Assembly: GCA_049967475.1 (NCBI GenBank)
Contig: JBMFSQ010000023.1
Coordinates: forward strand, 1 to 13,553
Length of the DNA stretch: 13,553 nucleotides
Reading direction: 5' to 3'
From: Chthonomonadales bacterium
GTDB taxonomy: Bacteria; Armatimonadota; Chthonomonadetes; Chthonomonadales; CAJBBX01
The translations under genes and the position numbers were made by a program. This document shows, piece after piece, positions 8,135 to 13,553 of this stretch (the first letter of the stretch is position 1; every line of letters starts with the position of its first letter). Below the pieces are notes generated by a model. It was not told the DNA's origin, ran no database searches, and saw only the letters and a list, made by a program, of their open reading frames with translations.

Positions 8135-8250
8135 AGACACCTCCGATGCCAACAGGCAGCCTATGATACCTCTACCAGCGCCCATGCCGGAGGAAGATGG
8201 CGTCACGGCGGCGTACAGGTGTAGGAGACCTTTGCTGGGAGGTATACAGC

Positions 8251-11208
8251 GTGCTGCCGAAGTGCTTGGTTGGGGTAATGCTGGCATCGTGTCTATATTG
8301 GGCGGCTCCATCACCGGCATCCTGCGCCATTTCCGCCGCTTATCTTCGCTGCGAGTATCACGTGGATCCTGAGGGGATTGACGCGCCGCATCCACGGCTT
8401 AGTTGGTTTCTGCAATCGCGAGAGCGCGGGGAACGCCAAACCGCCTACCGCATCCTCGTGGCCTCGACGCCGGATTTGCTGAGGAAAGATCGGGGAGACC
8501 TTTGGGACACCGGACGCGTGCAGAGCAGCGAGAGCATCCAGATTGCCTATTCCGGCAAACCCCTTGCTTCTCTCCAGCGCTGTTGGTGGAAGGTGCAAGT
8601 GTGGGATCGGGCGGGCCGCCCCTCGCCATGGAGCCGTACAGCATATTGGAGCATGGGCTTGCTCCACCGGGGAGACTGGAAGGCGGAATGGATCGGGTGT
8701 TCCATCCCGCGCGATAAGATGCCGGACCCCGTTTATTTGCCTGCGCCCTTCCTCCGCAAGACGTTCCACATCGCCCGTCCGGCCACCAGGGCGGTCGTGT
8801 TTGCCACTGCAGCCGGCCTGTACGAGCTCTACATAGACGGCATCCGTGTAGGGAAGGATTGCCTTACACCGGGATGGACGGAGTACAGCAAGCGGCTCTA
8901 TTACCAGGCATACGACGTCACCGGCCTGTTGAAGAAGCCCGGCGCACACGTCCTTGGAGCCATTCTCGGCGACGGTTGGTATGGGCTGCATCACGGAGGC
9001 CGCGGGCGGCTGGCCCTGCTGGCACAACTGCACCTGTGGCTCGAAGACGGCCAAACGCAAGTGGTACCCACGGATGGAACATGGAAAACGACGTACCACG
9101 GCCCGATCCTCAATTCGGACATTTACAATGGGGAGACATACGATGCCCGGCGTGAGGTGCCGGATTGGTGCACGCCGGAGTTTGATGACAGCGCCTGGAG
9201 GCCCGTGCGCGTGGGCTTTGGAGGTCAAAGTGCAGGAGGCTATCGCGATGTTACCCAAACGGTCCGCAGTGCTGTGCAGGGGAACACGCTGAAGATTGCC
9301 GCAAGCAACGATCTTTTCGGGGATCCGGCATACGGCTTTGTAAAAACGCTTAGGGTGGAATTCCGGCGGGGCGGGCGCATGCAGCGGAGGAGCGTGCTGG
9401 AAGGTCAAACGCTTGTGATCGAAGGCATCACGGCCGAGGATATCCGCCGGGCAACCTATGGCGCTTCCGGCGCCTCCGCCGATGTGGAGAATGCCGTCCT
9501 GCAACGGCATCCCGGTTCGCCCGTGCGCAAGATCATGGAACTCCATCCCGTGCGCATCACTGAGCCCCGCCCCAGCGTGTACGTATTCGATTTTGGGCAG
9601 AACTTCGCCGGATGGGCTCGCCTGCACCTCACTGGCACGACCGGCCGGAAGATCACCTTGCGCTTCGCCGAGATGCTCAATCCCGATGGGACGATCTATA
9701 CCGCCAACCTGCGCGGCGCCAAATGCACGGATACGTATATCTGCAAAGGCGGCGAAGAAACATGGGAACCCCGCTTCACCTTCCACGGATTTCGATATGT
9801 GGAGGCCACCGGCCTTGATCAGAAGCCGGATGCGGGCACCGTTACGGGCATCGTGCTTTCTTCAGATGCGCCTCGTACAAGTGACTTCACGTGTTCCAAT
9901 CCGCTGCTGAACCGCCTCTACCAGAACATCGTTTGGGGGCAGCGATCCAATTACCTGGAGGTTCCCACGGACTGCCCTCAGCGCGACGAGCGCATGGGCT
10001 GGTCCGGTGATGCTCAAGTCTTCATCGGAACCGGCGTCTACAACGAGGACGTGGCGCCGTTTTTCACGGCATGGCTCAACACCTATAATGACGATCAATA
10101 TCCTGACGGAGGGTATCCCAACATCGCGCCGCGTGGCGGCGGCGTGTCACCCGCCTGGGGTGACGCGGGAATTATCTGTCCGTGGACGCTATGGCGCACC
10201 TATAGCGACACGCGCATCCTCGAAGAGCATTGGCCCAACATGGAGCGGTGGATCACATACCTGACGGAGCGGAGCAAGGACCTGGTGCGGCCCGCAGAGG
10301 GCTTTGGCGATTGGCTGAATGTGAACGCTCCGATGCCCACGGACGTCATAGCGACGGCATACTTCGCCCACAGTACCCAGCTTATGGCCCAAATGGCTCA
10401 GGCACTGGGCAAAGCGCAGGAGGCAACAAAATACTCAGACCTGTTCCGGAAGATCCGCCAGGCCTTCAATCGGGCCTTTGTGTCCCCGGACGGGCGCATC
10501 AAGGGGGATACCCAGACCACATACCTCATGGCTCTGGGGTTTGACCTTCTGCCGCCGGAGAAGCGCCCCGCGGCGGTGGCGCGGCTTGTGGAATTGATCC
10601 GGGAGCGCAACAACCATCTTTCGGTGGGGTTTCTCGGAGTGAACCTGCTCCTGCCGGTTTTAACCGACGCAGGCCGAACGGATCTGGCGTGGACGCTCCT
10701 TACGAATACTACGTATCCCTCATGGCTCTATGCTGTGACGCAGGGCGCCACAACCATCTGGGAACGATGGGATGGCTGGACCAAAGAGCGCGGCTTCCAG
10801 GATCCCGGTATGAACTCCTTCAATCACTACGCGTACGGTTCGTGCGGGCAGTGGATGTTCGCCGATGCCGCAGGCATTGCCTCCGACGGCCCGTCGTACA
10901 AGCATATCCTGATCCACCCGAGACCTGGCGGCGGGATTACCTTCGTAAAAGCGCACTACGATAGCATCCGTGGGCGCATCTCCACTTCATGGTCCGAAAC
11001 CGGCTCCGATTTTCGCCTGGAGGTGTCCCTGCCCGCCAATACCACTGCCGAAGTCTATGTGCCGGCACATGCGGCCTCCAGTGTGTTTGAAAGCGGGAAG
11101 CCGGCATCACATTCCCCAGGTGTGCGCTTCCTGCGTATGGAGGGCGGATGTGCCGTTTTCGAAGTCGCATCGGGAACGTACCGGTTCGTGTCGCACGCTG
11201 CACACTAA
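8251..11208 (+). CDS. Secreted alpha-L-rhamnosidase, family GH78
   Basis: Motifs LRCEY..DP.GID, LTPGWTEY, DFGQNFAGW, PRFTFHGFRYVE, PTDCPQRDERMGWSGD, GATTIWERWD and MNSFNHYAYGS. Start set at GTG 8251 (SD GGAGGT 8238-8243), which gives the signal peptide MLPKCLVGVMLASCLYWAAP. Confidence 0.95.
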   Translation: MLPKCLVGVMLASCLYWAAPSPASCAISAAYLRCEYHVDPEGIDAPHPRLSWFLQSRERGERQTAYRILVASTPDLLRKDRGDLWDTGRVQSSESIQIAYSGKPLASLQRCWWKVQVWDRAGRPSPWSRTAYWSMGLLHRGDWKAEWIGCSIPRDKMPDPVYLPAPFLRKTFHIARPATRAVVFATAAGLYELYIDGIRVGKDCLTPGWTEYSKRLYYQAYDVTGLLKKPGAHVLGAILGDGWYGLHHGGRGRLALLAQLHLWLEDGQTQVVPTDGTWKTTYHGPILNSDIYNGETYDARREVPDWCTPEFDDSAWRPVRVGFGGQSAGGYRDVTQTVRSAVQGNTLKIAASNDLFGDPAYGFVKTLRVEFRRGGRMQRRSVLEGQTLVIEGITAEDIRRATYGASGASADVENAVLQRHPGSPVRKIMELHPVRITEPRPSVYVFDFGQNFAGWARLHLTGTTGRKITLRFAEMLNPDGTIYTANLRGAKCTDTYICKGGEETWEPRFTFHGFRYVEATGLDQKPDAGTVTGIVLSSDAPRTSDFTCSNPLLNRLYQNIVWGQRSNYLEVPTDCPQRDERMGWSGDAQVFIGTGVYNEDVAPFFTAWLNTYNDDQYPDGGYPNIAPRGGGVSPAWGDAGIICPWTLWRTYSDTRILEEHWPNMERWITYLTERSKDLVRPAEGFGDWLNVNAPMPTDVIATAYFAHSTQLMAQMAQALGKAQEATKYSDLFRKIRQAFNRAFVSPDGRIKGDTQTTYLMALGFDLLPPEKRPAAVARLVELIRERNNHLSVGFLGVNLLLPVLTDAGRTDLAWTLLTNTTYPSWLYAVTQGATTIWERWDGWTKERGFQDPGMNSFNHYAYGSCGQWMFADAAGIASDGPSYKHILIHPRPGGGITFVKAHYDSIRGRISTSWSETGSDFRLEVSLPANTTAEVYVPAHAASSVFESGKPASHSPGVRFLRMEGGCAVFEVASGTYRFVSHAAH

Positions 11209-11237
11209 GGCAAAGAACGGTCTTGGAGAGATGAGCC

Positions 11238-13433
11238 ATGTGCCGTAGGATGCAGTGCAGGTACCGCAGCATCTTGAGTGCGTTGATTTTGCTGGCTGGC
11301 GCAGGTCCCGGCGCGGCTCAGGTTCGCCCGATGCAGCCGCTGCTGGGTTGGGGCGACGTGCGCAGAGACTTCCATGCCGTAGGCGACGGTAAGGCGGACG
11401 ACACTGCAGCCCTTCAACGGGGCCTGGATAATCTTGTGTCCGCCTCTTCTGCCCGCACAACCTTGTATCTGCCTCCAGGAACCTACCGCATCACACGCAT
11501 GCTCGAGCTGCCTAGGCGCGGAGGCCGGGAGGCCATCGGCATCAACATCCGGGGAGCGGGTTCCGCAGCCGTGGTGCTGCGTTGGGATGGGCCTGCGGGC
11601 GGGACGATGCTGGAATTCGGCGCTTGGTACTCCTGTTTGAGCGGCCTTACGCTCGACGGCGGTGGGCGGGCAGCCATCGCTCTCAAGCATGGGCCCCAAT
11701 TCGTTACCGCAAACGAGCTTACCGATCTGGTGATCCGCGACACCGGTGTGGGGATCGAGGCAGGCGAAATGCCGACTGCCGGTATCGCAGAGACCTCTGT
11801 GCGCGGCTGCCGTTTTCTGCGATGCAGTGTCGCAGGCATCAGTTTGCAAAATTGGAATTCCCTCGATTGGTGGATCACGGATTGTTCCTTCGATGGGTGC
11901 AGGCTGGGCGTCACGAACACCTACGGCGCCGGCAACTACCATGTGTATCATTGCCGCTTTCACAACTCTACGCAGGCAGACTTGGCTGTCGGCAATACGG
12001 GGACGTTCAATTTCCGCCGGAATGTGTCCGTAGGGAGCCGCGCGTTCCTGGTGGCCGGCCGCATCGCCGCCGCTGCCGTAATCACTCTGTCGGAAAACCG
12101 CATCTACCATACAAAGGATCCCGCGTCCATCCAGGTGGGTAACTTGGGCCCTGTGTTTCTCTTGCAGAACCTGATTGCCAGTCGTTCAGAAGTGCGCCGC
12201 GGCCCGGTGGTGTCGGCAGATCAGGCGTCGGTGATCTCATGGGGGAACGTGTTCACCGTTCCGGGAGCCCTCGAGCCATCGCCACGAAGCCTTCTCTTGG
12301 GTGACCGGCTGGTTCGCTCGAGCGCCCTTCCCCGGGACGCTGGATACCACCTTCCACCCGAGCCGATCCCGGCGGCGGTTCTGGAAGTCAAGGCAGGCAG
12401 TGACGGCGACGCAATCCAAAACGCACTGAACCGAGCGGCCAAGCTCAAGGATCCCAGGGTTCTCGTACACCTTCCTGCCGGCCGATATCCCGTATTCCAC
12501 ACGATTGTGGTGCCGAAGCGAGCGGGCCTCGTCATCATGGGCGAGGGGATACCCTACTCCACGCTCCTGGAGTGGAAGGGTCCGGGAAGCGGCCCTGTGA
12601 TCGAGGGGATTGCACCCGGCGGATGGCGCCTCTACAATTTGGCAGTTCTAGCGCCTGGGGCGGAAGGAGTGCGCATCCCAATCTCACGGGGAAAGGTCGC
12701 TCTCGATGAGACGCAGGTGGACGGAGCCCAGGACGTAGGCTTTTGGATCGAGCAGCGCGGTAGTCGAGGCGTGCTTCTGTGGGATGTAGGGCACTCGGGC
12801 TGCGGCATAGGGGTGCGTGTGGAGGGGCCGCCGGCACAAGGAGACCCCGTGCTGCTGTGGAGTGGCGCTTCCAGCAACAACACGCTAAGTTACGAGGTGA
12901 AGGCCGGTGGCCGGCTTTGGGTGCGGGACATCTGGTACGAAACCAATACAGTGCCCACCTTCCTTAACCTCAAGGATCGCGGAGAATTCGTGCTCACCAC
13001 GGCCACGGTCGCCCATCCCCGCAAACCGGGCCTGCCCGGATCCCTTATAGACAACTTTAGGGGACGGGTAGCCTTTTTGGGCGTCAACTTTACCTCTGTC
13101 GGTCCTGACGGAGGCCTGGCGGCGGTTCGGGTGCGCGGTTTGCGCGCTGAGCCGGTGCTTCTGTTGGGCTGCCACGGATCTGGGGATTATCTGGCGTCGA
13201 GCCCAAATGAGGCGGCAGTGCGGATGCTTTGCGTACGGTACACTTCAGGCGGCGGAGCGGAGCCGATCCCGGACGCAGGCAGTCTGAATGCGACGATCCT
13301 GCGAAGCATCCTTCGGGCAGCCGTCGGCGGCCATGCTCCCGGGTGGTCAGGGGCAAGCGCCGTCCTGAGGCGCGTGTTCATCCGTAATCCTCGAGTGGGC
13401 GTTCACTTGATTGGAGCCGGTACCAGGGAATAA
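11238..13433 (+). CDS. Secreted pectate lyase 3 superfamily (parallel beta-helix) protein with two beta-helix modules
   Basis: Signal peptide followed by DVRRDFHAVGDGKADDTAALQRGLD...TLYLPPGTYRIT. A second cap motif GSDGDAIQNALNRAA...VHLPAGRYPV appears mid-protein. The gene starts 29 nt after the GH78 stop with SD GGAG. Confidence 0.85.
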   Translation: MCRRMQCRYRSILSALILLAGAGPGAAQVRPMQPLLGWGDVRRDFHAVGDGKADDTAALQRGLDNLVSASSARTTLYLPPGTYRITRMLELPRRGGREAIGINIRGAGSAAVVLRWDGPAGGTMLEFGAWYSCLSGLTLDGGGRAAIALKHGPQFVTANELTDLVIRDTGVGIEAGEMPTAGIAETSVRGCRFLRCSVAGISLQNWNSLDWWITDCSFDGCRLGVTNTYGAGNYHVYHCRFHNSTQADLAVGNTGTFNFRRNVSVGSRAFLVAGRIAAAAVITLSENRIYHTKDPASIQVGNLGPVFLLQNLIASRSEVRRGPVVSADQASVISWGNVFTVPGALEPSPRSLLLGDRLVRSSALPRDAGYHLPPEPIPAAVLEVKAGSDGDAIQNALNRAAKLKDPRVLVHLPAGRYPVFHTIVVPKRAGLVIMGEGIPYSTLLEWKGPGSGPVIEGIAPGGWRLYNLAVLAPGAEGVRIPISRGKVALDETQVDGAQDVGFWIEQRGSRGVLLWDVGHSGCGIGVRVEGPPAQGDPVLLWSGASSNNTLSYEVKAGGRLWVRDIWYETNTVPTFLNLKDRGEFVLTTATVAHPRKPGLPGSLIDNFRGRVAFLGVNFTSVGPDGGLAAVRVRGLRAEPVLLLGCHGSGDYLASSPNEAAVRMLCVRYTSGGGAEPIPDAGSLNATILRSILRAAVGGHAPGWSGASAVLRRVFIRNPRVGVHLIGAGTRE

Positions 13434-13553
13434 CCCCTCTGACCCGAAGTTGCGCTCCTGCTCCGATCTATTCCCCATGCGGGCCGGATGGAACTGCGGA
13501 GCCGACGGGTGAACCGCAATCGAGGGACACACCGGAGCTCCCTGGTTGCCCCG

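Noticed and set aside
8135..8395. Long N-terminal extensions of BioY (to 8395) and GH78 (from 8197) implying overlapping divergent genes
   Set aside because: Strong SD sequences support starts at 8134 and 8251, which leave a normal 116-bp intergenic region.
8311..9786. 491-aa antisense ORF
   Set aside because: Shadow of the GH78 gene with no independent motifs.
11205..12110. 301-aa antisense ORF
   Set aside because: Shadow of the beta-helix gene.
13434..13553. Possible 3' end of a convergent gene or a terminator at the window end
   Set aside because: Too short to assign a frame, with no convincing hairpin plus U-tract.

Overview
GC-rich bacterial chromosomal segment with seven protein genes. 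In order: a GH99/GH71-like glycoside hydrolase on the minus strand, truncated by the window edge and missing from the ORF track (<1..1082); a divergent 879-aa secreted protein with a probable (alpha/alpha)6 glycosidase-like barrel; uvrB; a 256-aa exported protein with secretin-type N-terminal domains, no secretin barrel and an ~84-aa Gly/Phe tail; a solitary bioY; a GH78 alpha-L-rhamnosidase with an inserted lectin-like module; and a secreted double beta-helix protein. The gene mix suggests a glycan-degrading diderm such as Armatimonadota (inference only). The most unexplained signals are non-coding. These are a near-consensus sigma70 promoter driving a structured ~200-nt minus-strand RNA with a strong SD and an 11-codon ORF, overlapping back-to-back -10 boxes in both divergent intergenic regions, a structured multi-promoter region upstream of the secretin-like gene, and a GTAG-type REP palindrome. 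No rRNA, tRNA, CRISPR array or transposase was seen. All RNA folds were read by eye, not computed.
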